In this document: piece after piece, positions 15,421 through 29,439 of the stretch
Layout: every line of letters begins with the position of its first letter
Position numbering within the stretch: position 1 is the first letter of the stretch
Source of the DNA: the human T2T-CHM13v2.0 reference genome, Homo sapiens
NCBI RefSeq assembly: GCF_009914755.1
Contig: NC_060936.1
DNA length: 64,000 bases
Reading direction: 5' to 3' (one strand)
Position numbers and translations under genes: made by a program
Notes under the pieces: generated by a model
Database searches by the model: none
What the model was told of the DNA's origin: nothing
The model's input: the letters and a program-made list of their open reading frames with translations, nothing else

Positions 15421-18400
15421 TCCTGCCAAATGCTGAGTTCACACATGGTACTCACAGCATTTCACGCACTGCCAGCCCCGTAATGTTAGGAAGTAAATGA
15501 GATCATATCTCCTTTTAGGTGGTGACTGACTAATTTTTTAATAATAAATGCTAAAACTGTGGGGCGGAGTTGCAAATAAAGTCATCAAACTATCGTTTCT
15601 GAACCTTTCTACTTATCTGGAGGACACTTGCCTATCTCTGGTCCTCTGGAGTCTCTCCCATTCTCTATACAAAGGAGCAAGAGCTAGGACTAAGATGGCG
15701 ATTATGAGAACAGAAAGGAAGGAATAGCTTCCAACAATTCTCAAATGAGCAATGAGCAACAGCACTGCTTATGCATGAGGATGGAGAAGAGTCAAGAAGG
15801 AGTCATGCATGGTTGCAAAGCATTGAGCCTGAAAACTTCCTGGGGAGAAAATTTTCGAGGAGACTGACCGACAGTAACCTGCCAATGGCATTGGCCCATG
15901 GAGACAAAGAGATGTTATTTCAAGCAGAGGCCAGAGGAGCAGCATGAACATCAGAGAATGACTTAGCTCTGAAAGAATTGCCCAGAAAACACTAAGGACT
16001 GTGAGCTGAAGTTGGTCCCCTTCCCTCTCTTTCATGTGCTGTCTGGCTTTCTCTCTTCTCCATCTCCAAAGCTTTCATCCAGCTGACCAGTACTCACCCT
16101 CTGAGGGTCAACCAAATATTTGTATAGAACTTTAAAGTTCACAAAGCCATTTCACACACATCGTCTCATCAACCCTGTGAGATAGATATGCATGCTTATT
16201 TTAAAGGAATAGTCAAAGAACCTGAATAGTAGCAAGGGGCAGAATCAGGGGTTGAGCATGAGGTATTCTGATTTTGTATTTATTCAATTTCTACTATTCA
16301 ACATTATATCACATTCTCTAAGAGAAAGAAGTATAAGCAATGGCCTTTTGACCTCAGGGATCTATCATCTTATTGGGGAAACAAACATAAAATATATCAA
16401 TTGATGAGAGAAAAAATGTGTGCATTCAAAGATTATATATTAATAAACATATAGCAATATGTTAATATATAAAATTATGTAACAACTGCCACATTAAATC
16501 CAATAGTCCATCTGGGAGAAGAATCCTTTAAATATTTATTCAGGCTCAGTGGCCAACGGCACAGAACACTGTAGAATTGGAGCATTTGCAGAGATTTTAT
16601 AGGACCACTAGACTTTGTTTATTTGACTACATAGAAACTGTGTCTTGAGAAACTGAATTTCTTTACTTATAAAAATGTAAGTAATATTTTCTCATCTGAT
16701 GCCAAATAGAATAAAGCATACACATAAAAAAAGAAAAGCTCCATAAAGTCAGCATGATTGTTAAAAAAAAAAAGGAAAACTATGTACATTTTTTAAAATT
16801 ATATATATGTTTTATGCATTTTAAACTGAAATGGGAAGATGGAGCTCCTGGTGCACATAGTAGAAATATAACTTTCATATATAAGCTTTACATTTATTGA
16901 CTTTTTTATATTAAAAATTCACTCTTTAATAATGGCAGAAGAAAATAAAAATTGATTTCAAAAAGGAGTAATTTAGTTCTCCAGGAGGAAATCACTTTGA
17001 CCCTAATTTAAAATAATTTACAGGAGATAAGTCCTCTCTAAGGATCATGTTATACTTTTGAAGTTTAGTCTTTTTCAAGCGGGAGGCAATTAGAATTTTT
17101 AGAGGCTAGTGTTTGTGGCAACATTTTAAAAAGGCAGTTTTGGGATTCCTTTCAAATCAGCACTCCATCCCCACCCCAGTACCTCAGTTCTCAGTGAAGC
17201 TGCATAAAAATAGATTTCAGTCTTCATGTTAAAGACATTTTACCAAATTCCATGGTTTTCACAAACAAAATCATTTTTTTTCTTATTCTGCCCTCAATAA
17301 AAATGAAAAACAGCTTCGAATTACTCCTCCTAGGTTATTCATGCAAAATCTTCCTTCAGCTTTTTGCCACCCAGGAGATGAGTTCTTTATTTCATTTAAT
17401 AGAAGATTTTTAATTAGAAGAGCTCTACTACAAACAAGAACAAAGAAGGTAAGGAAGGTTCTGCTGGAAAAAAAAAGGCTTGATTTAGAGAGGGAGCAGA
17501 CAATTCATTTGATTTTATTTGTTAAATTAAGCTATTCTTTTGTTCTTCCAGAGAGGCTGAAACACAGAGACTGGGAAATGCACAAATGTCTGGAGACCTA
17601 TCTCTAAGAGGAGAAAAGTGAGTCATTAAAGACACCCAGTTATGTGTGGGAGTCATCACTGAGGGTCAAATTATCAGGCCAAAAACAACTGGGCATAACT
17701 CAGTTTCTGGAGCTGTTTCATGTCAGGGTTAACTCCCACTTCAAAGAAACCCGACAGACGGGAAATGAAAGTTCAGAACTTCTTCTTTTGAATCTGTTTT
17801 CAAAATGGCTCACGCAGTTTGCAGTCTGCTGTCTTTTAAAGTCAAACTTCAAGGCTTATCATTACTATTTGCCTTTTATCGAGAGCCAATAATATGCCCT
17901 GAAGATACGCATGTACATATAAATTATTATTCCTCACTTTTGGGGTTGGTGGTGATAACATTGCTCTCCTTTGAGGAGAACATGGCTGGAAAACTTGATG
18001 AGGGATTCCCACACATCTGCAATAAGAAAACCATGTCCAAATCAAGTAGTTGCAAAAGTGACTCATAAGATGAGATGACTTTCCAAGAAGGATACTCCAC
18101 CAGGATTTGGATGCAAGTTTCATAGAAGGGAGCAAATGAAGAGCTTTTGAAAGAAAAAGAGGAAAACAAGACCCCGTCACATACACACACTCCTTGTTTG
18201 GTCAAATAGAAATAAGCAGATTGCCCCAACTGAATCATCTCTGCCTTCCTGGTAAAGAGATCTTCATTGTACAAAGAAAATTAAAATCTCTTTGAGAAGC
18301 TTCAGACTTTGCTTCTGAACTTTTTCGGATCCTGAAACCTATTAAGGTCTGCAATTAATTTGTTCTCTCCTCTGTGCTGCCACAGATCATGTTAGTAACT

Positions 18401-21400
18401 GGTGATCCAGATTTAACTAGGCCTTGAGCACGAAAATAAATACAGGGGTCATCATCATTGTAAATGAATCGGTTTCATCTAGTTCCATCCTAAACTAACT
18501 GGTTTAGAAGTTTCTAGGAGGTATCACAGAGCTTAGTAAAACAAAACAAACACATAAAACAGCTCTGCTTTCTGTTTTGTGGAGCAGAGACTCTTACTTT
18601 TTTATTAGAAGCCTCGATCCTGGGACACTTCTTTCTCAACCTAGGATGGCCTTGCTTCGTTCACATCCTCCATCTCCATTCTGGGCTCTAACAGCCACTC
18701 CACCAAGATGGGGAAAACATGGTCAAGAAGATTCTAGCACTAACAAAGTCCCAGGCAAGCTCCTTTAGGAAACCACTTTGACTCATCCAAGGAGTCTTGC
18801 TCTTATTATTATTTACAACTGATTTAAAACTTTCTTTCCTTAACACAGTCTCTCCTTTGCGTTGCATATTGTATAATATCAATGAATTTTTCATCTTTTT
18901 TTGAATAGTTAATACATGCACGTGGTTCAATTATAAACACATACTATAAAGTCTATTGTAAAACTTCTCAGTCTGCCCAAGACTCACAATCCTGCCTAGT
19001 TCCTATCCCTATATGAAGGGAGGTAGAACAAATATGGCATAATATAAGGATATTTCCCTATAAGGATTTCCTGAGGTTTGTAAAAGTTTGTTTATTGGGC
19101 ATTTTTGTTTTACTTCTCTTCATTAGAAATACAGATGACTGAAAACTTTGCAAATTTAATTATTGAAAATATTTTTAAAAGACAAAAAAATCATTGAAAA
19201 TGTAGGGGGGAAAGACAATTAAGGTTTCCAGCTGTTCATAGTCTTATTATTAATGAATATTTATAAACCAAAATTAACTTTAAGTATTTCCTTTTTAAAT
19301 ATGCAATACTGTCTTCAAATATGTCTCATGCTTTTGTGCCTTCAGGCATCTGTTTCCAGCTGTTCATATTTCTATTATTAATTGAATATATTTACAGCAA
19401 AGCTAGTGTTGTGCCCTTTTGTAATCACTGCCAGTATTCTGTGTGCTCATGCTAACGGATTCACCTAGAAAAATGCCCTCGTTTCTCACCATCCTCTTAA
19501 CTTACCATCACCATCACCGTTCCCATGCCCCACTACAACATACATTGTGTGACATATTTTAAAGCGACATCAACATTATAGCTGATGCCTAGGAGGAGGA
19601 GAAATGTTTCTTATGTTTACAGTGTATGTGATTGATCTTGGCATTTTTTTTGGAGGAAACTTAAAGTTTCGCATAATGTCAACCTCAGCAGTGAAGAAAA
19701 GTAAAAGCCTCCAAAATGACTTAGAAAATACAGAAAGAGACAGAGAGAATTATCTTCAAAGAAAAAGCTGCTAAACACCAGAATCAAAACAGTCACTAAA
19801 GGACAAATGTGCTCCCGGGAGAAACAAAGATCTCTTCAAAATGAATCATATAATGAAAAGATAATAATTCCAAAGAAAGGGGAAGTAGAATCCATACAAA
19901 ATCAGAATTTAAAATATATATGACTAAGGAAGTCAGAAGAGAAGAAATAGTGAGTTAAGGTTATACAATTTTGAATTCTGACTCTCATTTGTAATAGTTT
20001 AGTGAATTTATAAAGAGAGGCCTATTTTTCTTGGCTATTATATCAGCTCTGTCACATTTCTTTCTTTAGATCTCCCATGATGTTCTTTATCTTATAGAAT
20101 TGAAACTGAAGGAGAGCCCAAGAACATTTTCTCTTTTCCCCAGTAGTTTAAAATCGTTTTTAAAGAACAATTTTCTAGAATCACAAATGCTTGGAAGAAG
20201 CCTCTAAAAAGAAGCTCAAGCAACTCAAGTACTTTAGCATAAAAAACAATGTCAAATATATAAAAGTATAAGCTAATCTTCTACCAGGGAGGAGAATATG
20301 ACATACAGGATAAAGAATACAACCAGACAAAAGCAAAAAAACTAAAATGAAGTCAGATTAGAAGTTAATATTTCCCTTTTCTTTATTTGTCAGATCAAGT
20401 CAATTCTCTGTCTGATTCCAGAAATTTAATAAAATTCAGAACAACTAAGAAAATTTCCTTTGGGAGAGAAAACCATCCAGCAAGAACATAGCTAGCAAAG
20501 GACCTATGCCTTAGTTCCAAGGTTTGGCACTTACAATATACACACAATATACACAGTTCTAATCACATAATGCTAATGATAAGGAAGGAGCTCACTCTAT
20601 TTCCTAACAGTGACAATATCAGTTATTTATTGATTCCTGGTGAAATAGCCTACAATATTTTCCTTTCACACCATTGGAAAGAATTGTAATTACGTGGAAA
20701 TCTGTGATAATGTATTAAGAATCTCATGTCGCTACTCTACAGAGCACTTAGAATGGAGTAACATTACTCCATACATGGCAATTAGAGTGCAACTAATTAG
20801 TGTCACTTACTGTGAGAAGCAACTGATTAATTATGTTTAGACATTGCTGCTGAGAGAAAACTCAGAGTCTCCAGCTTCTAAATTGCATGCTCTGCCATTC
20901 AGCTAATAGAACATCTCTGCTAGCTTGATAGTTACTGGATATTTAATGCAGCCTCATTCTCTGGCTTATACAGGCACCCCTGAAGTTCTGCACTAATGCT
21001 ATATTCATGAAACTACCGTATATCAAAATTACAGTGTACTTTTCCCTCTGTCACATTAGGAGCATAATTAGTGAGGCAGATGTGCAGCTACAAACTTCTA
21101 GGCTCAACGCAGTGGGCAGTAATGTATTTCACTGTCATAGAAACAATATCCTGGCACCTCCAGCACTTGGGCAACTTTCTTCAATTTGGAAAATGACAAT
21201 TGCTCAAGGATTCAAAGGAAAAGAGAGTGGTACCTTTGTCACCCTCTGCAAGCTACTGTGTCCAGAAGGCATTTTTAAAAGGGCCCACCACGACATACCA
21301 AATTTAGCCAAATTCTTATTTATCCTCAATTCTCCAGTCCTTCTTTCCCGAGATGAATCTGATGATTGCCCCCCCGCCCGTCATCATCTCCATGTTTATG

Positions 21401-21849
21401 CCACATCAGGGTGGGAAGTGAGGCCAGATGGTTATTTGAAAGTGTGTCAGCCTGCTTTGCAGCTGTTCTGAAATTTGCTCCTAAGGCTGCTAGGGAGAGA
21501 ACCCATACTCCATGTCTGCTCCATTCAGGGTCAGCAGAGGGAGAATCCACGACAAGCATTTATTCCTTCTTACAAATCTGCCAAATCCTGCTCAGAAAGC
21601 ATGGAAGCATCCCAGAAGTGTTATGAAAAACAACCTATAATGATGAACAGAGCCTGGCCCACTGGACTTATGGAGAGGTGGGGCCTCATTGGCCTGAATT
21701 TCTGGGTTGATAACAAGTCAACTAGTATAACCTCTCTTCATTCTTCCTGTTTCTCCCTCTGCCACTGCCCAATTCCAGGCTTTTATTAGCTTCCATCTGC
21801 ACTACCCATTTTTTAGGTCAGTCATCTCATACTTTAATATGTTAATGAA

Positions 21850-21982
21850 TAAGCTGTGCATTTTGTTAAAAGGCAGATTCCAATTCCATAGGTTTTGTGT
21901 TTGGCTCAAGAGTCTTTATTTCTACTGAGCATCCAGATCCCCTCGATGCTGCTGTTGACCAACCACATTTTGAGTAGCAGGT
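21850..21982 (+). mobile_element. MER5A-like hAT-Charlie DNA transposon remnant
   Basis: 'tgttaaaaggcagattcc...gatgctgctgttgaccaaccacattttgagtagcagg'. Confidence 0.6.
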
Positions 21983-24900
21983 AACTAAGTGATTGCCTTG
22001 TGTTCAGTTTCTCCCCTTCTAAAACACCCTTTCATATTGCATTTAGAATTATTTCTCTAAAGTGACATGTCATGAAATGTGCCCCTGGGATTTTCTGTAA
22101 CAGAATCATCTGGATCTCCTATCAAACCTGATTCATCATTACTTCTCACTGTAAGGTCCCCATATCTGCATTTTTAAGAATCACCCCTATGGTTCTTATG
22201 GGAATTACTACTGTAAAGCTAAGTCGAAATCAGGTTGATTTTTCTACCTCAAGCCTTTTTAATATTCTCTTACTGACTTTTAAATAAAATTCCAAATTGG
22301 TTACCCTGGGATTTAACTTCCTGCATTATCTTTTCCCCATGCCTTCCTCTATGGTTTCAAATATCTAGGAGAGAAAACAGACATAATCAATATGATAGTG
22401 ACAAGTGCTGTCATTACTGAAGCCCTATTTATATCTCACTTAACCTATTGAAATCTCACCATTTATGTGCAATAAACATAATTGATTTCATTTTATATTT
22501 TAACCCTTTGAAGTAAGTAATATTTTTTCATTTTATAGATGGCAAATATGAACATCAGAGATGGAGCTAGGTTTATAAGTGTGATGAACTCAAAAGCTCA
22601 TGTTATTTTTAGTCTTCCATGTTGCCAAGCCTTGAATGTCACTCCAATTTGCTTTATAAATGTTCCATTTTCAAATAATTGTTTACACAGAAATTGATTG
22701 TCATGGGGCCTCTCCATTTTTTTCTGTTACCAAAAATATATGATTATTTCTAGTGCATGAACTGAACATTGAAATTTTGTGCTAGACAAAAGTCCCAAAG
22801 TTTTTGCTGTGCTGATGAAATGAAATGTTTCTACTTCACTCTTTTACTTTCTAAAGTTCTATTAAATTTTAGTTACACTATTCTGTATCTCCGAATAGCT
22901 CTCTAAGACTAGTTGCAATAAATCATTCTACAAAAATATGCAGTCCATATATTTATCATAAAAATTTAAAACCATCTGTACATTGTTTGTCTAACACAGA
23001 ACGTATTTATTTGTATATTTCATGTACATTCTGTTGTCTTAGAATATCAACTAATCATAAAGAGCCATTGATGAACTTGAAGTAGTATTTAGTGTTGTTT
23101 ACAAAAGACATTACTGGAAAAATGTAAAAACTATTAAACTGAGACATGAGACTGAATTTGGCCTTTTTTTACATTAACACCTTGTAAATGGAGTGTATAA
23201 ATCAATCATCAAATAGCATGTATTAAGAATCCACAAGCATATGGTGCTATCTGAGGCACTGCATAAATAAAACAGACACATCTCCGTGATCGCCATTCCT
23301 AAAATGGAAACTGTGATATGGCAGAGACTGCACAAGAATAGTTGTGTATCTCTTAGTGTGATTGTTCCATTTATCATGTGAAAGATTAAGAAAACCATTA
23401 ATTTCTGTGTGATGGGGGATTGGGAGATTCGAATACATTATTTTCTACTTCTGAAGTACTCTTGGAAAATACAAATGACCTAATATTAACTGAATATCAT
23501 CAGCATCAAGCTAAGGATTTTGAATAGTCAGTTAGTGCTCTGTTTTGATTTTCAGCATAGATTAAGCAAAGCAAATCAATCAATAAGAACATCTTAATTG
23601 AATTCTTTAACATCACATGAGTAAAACCAAAGCTTTTTTTGTTTTAAATCAAGAGGACATTGTTCTCTCAGGTATTTTAATGACAAGTATGATCAAATAA
23701 GACAGAGCCCATATGTGAATGTCTGTACAGCAAAAATTATAAGTAATATATAACATCATATACCACATGGGGAACAGACGTAAATTAATAGTAACAACAG
23801 CAAGAAGAAGAAGAATGACAATAACCAGAAGAGCAGTTACTATACTACTGTTATGATTTCTGGTTTAAATTATTTTCCATCCTCTTATTAGCCATGTGGT
23901 ATAGCACAATAAGTGCTGAGAGGCAATATGCTCATTTCCTAAAATATTATGCTGCTCCTCACAGCTCTAATATTCCATATTTTTCCATGGGATCCTCCAA
24001 TCTATCACCGTAGTAAAAAAGAAAAAAAGTGCGTTTAAGCTGCTTTAAACTTTCCAGGTAAAAATTTTTTTAGACACTAGACCAATGCCTTAGACTCAAA
24101 GTTTTCTTATTCAGAAACATATAGAATGGTCTCGTGTGGCTATTTGCTCTATAATAGAGTGTATTTTCCCTAGAAATGGAAAAATTGATTAGCTTCAAAA
24201 TTTTCAATTATTACACTCAAAAGTTCAAATATGTTGATTGAAATGGCATTAAATATTATAGATTCAAGCCCGTTAAGATTCTCTGCTATCCAGAATAAGC
24301 TATGGGAACAGGTTACCTGGGCATGCACAGTTACCTTCTTTGGAGAATACCTACCCCCTCTCCTTCGGTTCCAGATCTAGCTATTTTTGTAAGTCATTCC
24401 CGATCATTAGGAATGTGTCTGTCATGTCACTGGCAGAGGTGGCCCAGCCCCATCATTTCTTTTTATTCAAAGTGGTGGATTTCCTCCGGGCAAAGCTATT
24501 AAATTTCATAAACCAATGAAAAATATTGACGTATTCAAAACAATATTACCAATTTCTTTTATTCTAACCATGTGTGCTCTGTTGAAGCCAGGTAATCCCT
24601 CTGCCCCCTAAACACCCAATTTATAGAAGGACATTTATCAATTCATCTCTAAATCTTCAATTTTTCTCTTCCTTCCCTTCGTCACTTCCTTCCTTCCTTG
24701 CTTCTTTCCTTTCTCCTTTGTATCAATTCATATTTCCTTCAGGTTCTAAATACCTTATGACTTCTTTCCGTGAAAACTGTCCACCACTAATAATTTAATA
24801 GCTAATTATAATCATCTCCTTATTGTGCATGGACCCACTAGACATCCCGTATTAAAGAGCAGATTCCTAACAAATTGACTTCATCCTGAAGGCTATGGGT

Positions 24901-25644
24901 CGTCAAAACTTATTTTAGGTCTGAGGCATCATTCTTAAGAGAGAGATCATTCAGAGATTTGCCATTTAAGAAAAAAATAGAATTGGGAAGTCATGTTAAC
25001 ATGTGAAAGGAAGCCACACAACTGTCTCCTTTGTCATTCTTTCCACTTGCCAAAAATATATGTGTATATATCCATGAATGTCATAAGTCGAATGGTCTAC
25101 ATGACACTAGGCATGAAATGAACAGTAAATCTAAGATATCGTAACCACTGTGGTCATGTAACAGTGTCTAAAAGGAAGTATAATGCTATCCACACGTTTA
25201 CCCAGTCATTGGTCAGTGTCAACACAATTGGAAGTTATTCTTTCCAAACAAAATGAATTGAATATTGTTGTAGCAGCTTGCAAAGCACACAACCATGGCT
25301 GACAGAGAGACAGAAACAATGAAGGTCGCAGGACACAGAAGTTAGCAAGAAAGGCCATTCCTGTTGCACGAGTGACTTGCAGCAGTCATTTTGCAGTATG
25401 AACAACCTTAGCAGTGGCATTGATAAAGCCTGAAAAATCTTGCAATAATAAGAAATAAGGACCTTGATACAAAGCAGTGACTCTCCTGTTATACAACAGG
25501 GTAGGAAACAAATAAACAGATATGTGATTGGGAAAATAGAAGACAAAAAAATTGCACTGGACCAGCAAAGAGACTACAACTTTATATCATGAAGCTACTA
25601 TGTAAGTATTTATAGTTTTTTTTTTCATTTATTCTTCTAATGAG

Positions 25645-25780
25645 ACCATGGACTCTAACATAGAATGGCTTTGATTTAAATCATCCCTTCACCACTTCTA
25701 GATCTATGACCTTGTGCAAGTTACCTAACTTCTCTGAGCCTCAGTTTCGTCATCTTTAAAATGGAGATAATACACAATAG
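25645..25780 (+). mobile_element. MIR SINE
   Basis: 'tgaccttgtgcaagttacctaacttctctgagcctcagtttcgtcatctttaaaatggagataata' is the MIR core. Confidence 0.85.
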
Positions 25781-27559
25781 CCATAAAATCCAGAAGCAGA
25801 TGCTACTATGCTATCATAGTTTATTTTTTTACATTTTGAACCCCTGATTTACTTCTCCTGGGGTTTCCTAAAAGCACATATTTAGTGGAAAAGCAGAAAT
25901 GTATATCATCTGAGGCAACACATCACAGAAGCATGTGCAGAGATTGATAGCAATGCTGAATTAATGCAGCATGTTCATTGCAATTTTGCACAGCACATTG
26001 GACATATCATACACTGTAATGCAAGATCTAGAAACCATTTATAATATAGTGTCCATTGTCTGTGTGTCCCAACTTTAAGGCCACCCTCTCTATATCATAG
26101 TCTCAGGTATCAAAAGTTCTTAGACACCTATGCCATTGTAAGCACCATGTAAATGCTGGATATTATTATTGTTATTTACATAGCAAGGTGGACATAGATT
26201 TACCTTTTATTATGGTTTTAATAATTGTTATGTAATCTTTTTCATTTCTACATAAAGTCTTATATTAAAAGACTCCTGCAAAACTTCTTACATGGGGATG
26301 CTTGGATTGTTGTAGCTACCTGGAATTTGCAGTCATCATTCTAGGACCTGGAAGGGAAAGGTCTTATGAGTGGTCTAGCTTATAGAATGAAACCCTGATC
26401 AAGCATATTTTTCTCCATATATACAACATGTGGCCATCATATAAAACACTATTTTCCATTAAGATTATAACAAATTCAAAGCTCTGTTCCTTTCAGCAAT
26501 ACTCTTTCCAAGAAACCTTTAGTTGTTTATTCAAGGGAAGCACTTCTTAAACCCCAAACCAGAGGATCAGAGCTATTACCCATCATTTGTGGACTCTGTA
26601 TATTAATGGTACATAGTGTTATTAAAGAACCTGGTTATGTGCAGCTTAACACATGAGTCTAGGATTGCTCTAAGTCACATTTTCAGCAGGTTCCTGAAGC
26701 AATAAAATGGGTAAAGAATGACCAGACCTCTAACGAGTGTCCTTTATAACTGCAAAAACGATTCTCCCAGAATCACTGAAGGTGAAGAGGGCTGACTGGA
26801 AGGCAGCATGGACAAAAGTGTGGTTGAATGGCAGGGCAATCTGGCATATGTAAAGCTCCACTTTAACTAAATGATCTGTAATCATCAGGGTGGGTAGTTT
26901 GTGGTGGGTTGTATAATGACTGGAGAAGAATTTTTTTGCTTACTTTACTCTGTGTCTCCAGAGACCTGTCAGAAAATAGAGAGGAAAATATTAAGGCTAG
27001 ATAAATCTAAAGACGCTTTCCTTCCAAAGCGTGTTCTGTGGATTATCTCCTTAGCCCTTCTAAGGAAATATCTGTCTATGTTCAAAATGATTTGAAAACC
27101 CTGCATTCTAAACATCCTTCCTGAAGATTTACATAGCATATTGATTTAGCAAACGGTCTGGGAAAATGTGTTGTGAGGATTTTGTTTTGTTGTGCATAAA
27201 TTTTGTTTCATGCCGCAGTTTCCAAACATATTTGACAATGGAACCTTTTTGTTTATTTAACAGAGAGGTTTATTCACTTGTCAATGTGTCATGGAACAGG
27301 TTTAGGAAATGCTGCTCTGGAAATGAGCTTCCAGAATTCTCTTTAATCATTTATGGAGCACCAATGTTCACAGTGGGAGGAATTAATTGAACAAAATCTG
27401 CTTATCTGCCTACTCTTCAGTTCAGCCATGATTCCAGACTCCTTGACCACCTCAAATCTTCTGTCCTTTCAACTACTACCCATGGTGCCTGGCTCTCCTG
27501 GCATTGTGCCTAGGCCCCAATACTTTTTGCTCAATGCTTTTGGGATTAGGAACTTGGCT

Positions 27560-28822
27560 TCAGACTACTTTTTGAAATATATTCTGACTGATGAGAAATC
27601 TGCTGTCAGTCCAGTTGTCAACCCTTTAGAGGCCACCTGTCTTTTGTCTCTGGTAGCTCTCAAAATACTCTTTTTTGTGTTTGATTTCTGCAACTTCAAA
27701 GTGATATATCTGAGTATAGATCTTATTCATTCTCTTCTGCTCTCAAGATACTATTTCAGTCTGATAACTTGTGTATGTATGTGTGTTTCCCAATTCTGGA
27801 AATTATTAGCCATGATCTCTTGGACAGTTTCTTCTTCACAATTTCCTTTATTCTCTACTTCTGAAACTTTTATTAGAACTATACTAGAGGCTTTCCATCT
27901 AAACACCATTTCTCCAACTTTCTGAGTTTTTATCTTGTTACCTGTCTGTGCTTCATTTTGGTTGAATTTTTGGTATTACCTAATTCTTTGTGATTAGGTC
28001 TAGAATTATTCTATTTATTGAGCTCTTCAATGCAATGGCTAAATTTTTTATTTGACAGATTACTAACTGGTGTTTCTCATTTTCATTTGACCTAAATTTA
28101 TAGCTATCTGCTTGTATTTTATAATTTCTTATGGATATTTTCCTTTCTTTTCCTGCCTAAGGGTTAGTGACAGACCTTCAAGTCATTTTAAGATGCTATG
28201 TTATTTGCATTTTGTCCAGTCAATGTAACTTTGTTTTATTGATTTTATTGCTTCTCTTTAATGTTAAGGTTTCTCTATGTACATGGAAGATTCACTTTCA
28301 GTATTCTCCTGGGTGGAAATTACTTGCCAACCCCTTCCTCCAAAATCTGCCCCTGTGCCCACTGGTGGGCTTTCTCTCCCCAGCGAACCTGGGGACATTG
28401 CAGAGGCAGCTGCTGGATCAGCAGGTGCTGCTTGTTTGGCAGCTTCTGACCTCCCCAGCAGCTTTCAAAAGCCACAGCCACAGCCAGCAGTCACAGCTTT
28501 CTCCTATCTCTTTTCAAGGGTGGAAAACTCCTAGACCAGCCCCAGGTTTCCTGCCATGAACTTGGATCCGGGACCCCAACCTGCATATGGTGATTTTTGC
28601 CCTTGTCGCCCTGTAGGAATTCAACTTCCTAGGGTCCAGCGGCCCATGGCTTTAGCCTCCATCCAGGTTGTTTCTGTTCTGTTTCTGGTTCACAGTGAGT
28701 TTAAAGTACAGCTATATCTTTTTGGTTTGGCATTTAATATTTTATTTATCATTTTTATATATTTGGATTGGGATAGTGAGATTTTAATGCATAAGTTTAT
28801 AGCACCACCACAACCAGAAATC
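27560..28822 (-). mobile_element. Old L1M/HAL1 5' end and ORF1 remnant
   Basis: Antisense ORF1 hallmarks ('tgatgagaaatctgctgtcagtc', 'aattctggaaattattagccatgatctct'). Ends in a 5'-terminus-like 'caccaccacaaccagaaatct'. Confidence 0.6.
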
Positions 28823-29439
28823 TTTGAAGAATTCTTTAAGCTCAATTTAAGTAAATGAGAACCTATTGTTAAAAATAGTGTTATTTGACAATCCATGTGT
28901 TGTAAATAATTTCTATGAACCTGTGGTCATTGCTGCTGTTAGGTTTCCAATGAATGTTAGAAGGTATCTAAGAATAAAAAATTTTCCTTTGGAACAATCC
29001 AGGAAAAATCAAAGCGGTGGGGGGCGGTCAATATTTCTTTATTCAGGGTCTGGGTGTGCCATAGACTGCACACATCTACATTACTCTTAATATTAGAATC
29101 TATTCTATGTTACCAGATTTAATTTTTAATCAATGTTTTAATGCAAAGTGTTTCTAATATTTTATCTGAATATTTCCCAGCTAATATAAAAATTACCTTC
29201 TATAATAACAGTGTAACTCCTCATGAAATAGAATCAATTATGAACAGAAAAATCAAATTGAAATATTGTAATGTGCTTGAATTCCTTGGGTAGCTGTTCT
29301 AGTGGTCATTTAATCAGCATGAAATGATGTGAAGAGGTGATCTTCTACCATATGATGGCAGAAGGATAACATGATCTGAAGCCAAGAGCCAAAAGCAGAA
29401 GCTTTTGAAATTACTTAGTCTTCTAAGCTTGGAGGTGAG

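Noticed and set aside
15561-15700. GC box (GGGGCGGAG) plus YY1-like AAGATGGCG as a promoter
   Set aside because: These are isolated motifs with no CpG island and no linked exon.
25240-25607. Possible + strand exon ending at TAT|gtaagt (25602)
   Set aside because: There is no convincing acceptor or open frame, and a lone donor motif is insufficient.
27353-27925. 190-aa ORF on the + strand
   Set aside because: It lies mostly antisense to a decayed L1/HAL1 ORF1 remnant, has Leu/Phe/Ser-rich composition typical of T-rich antisense LINE sequence, and shows no recognisable domain.
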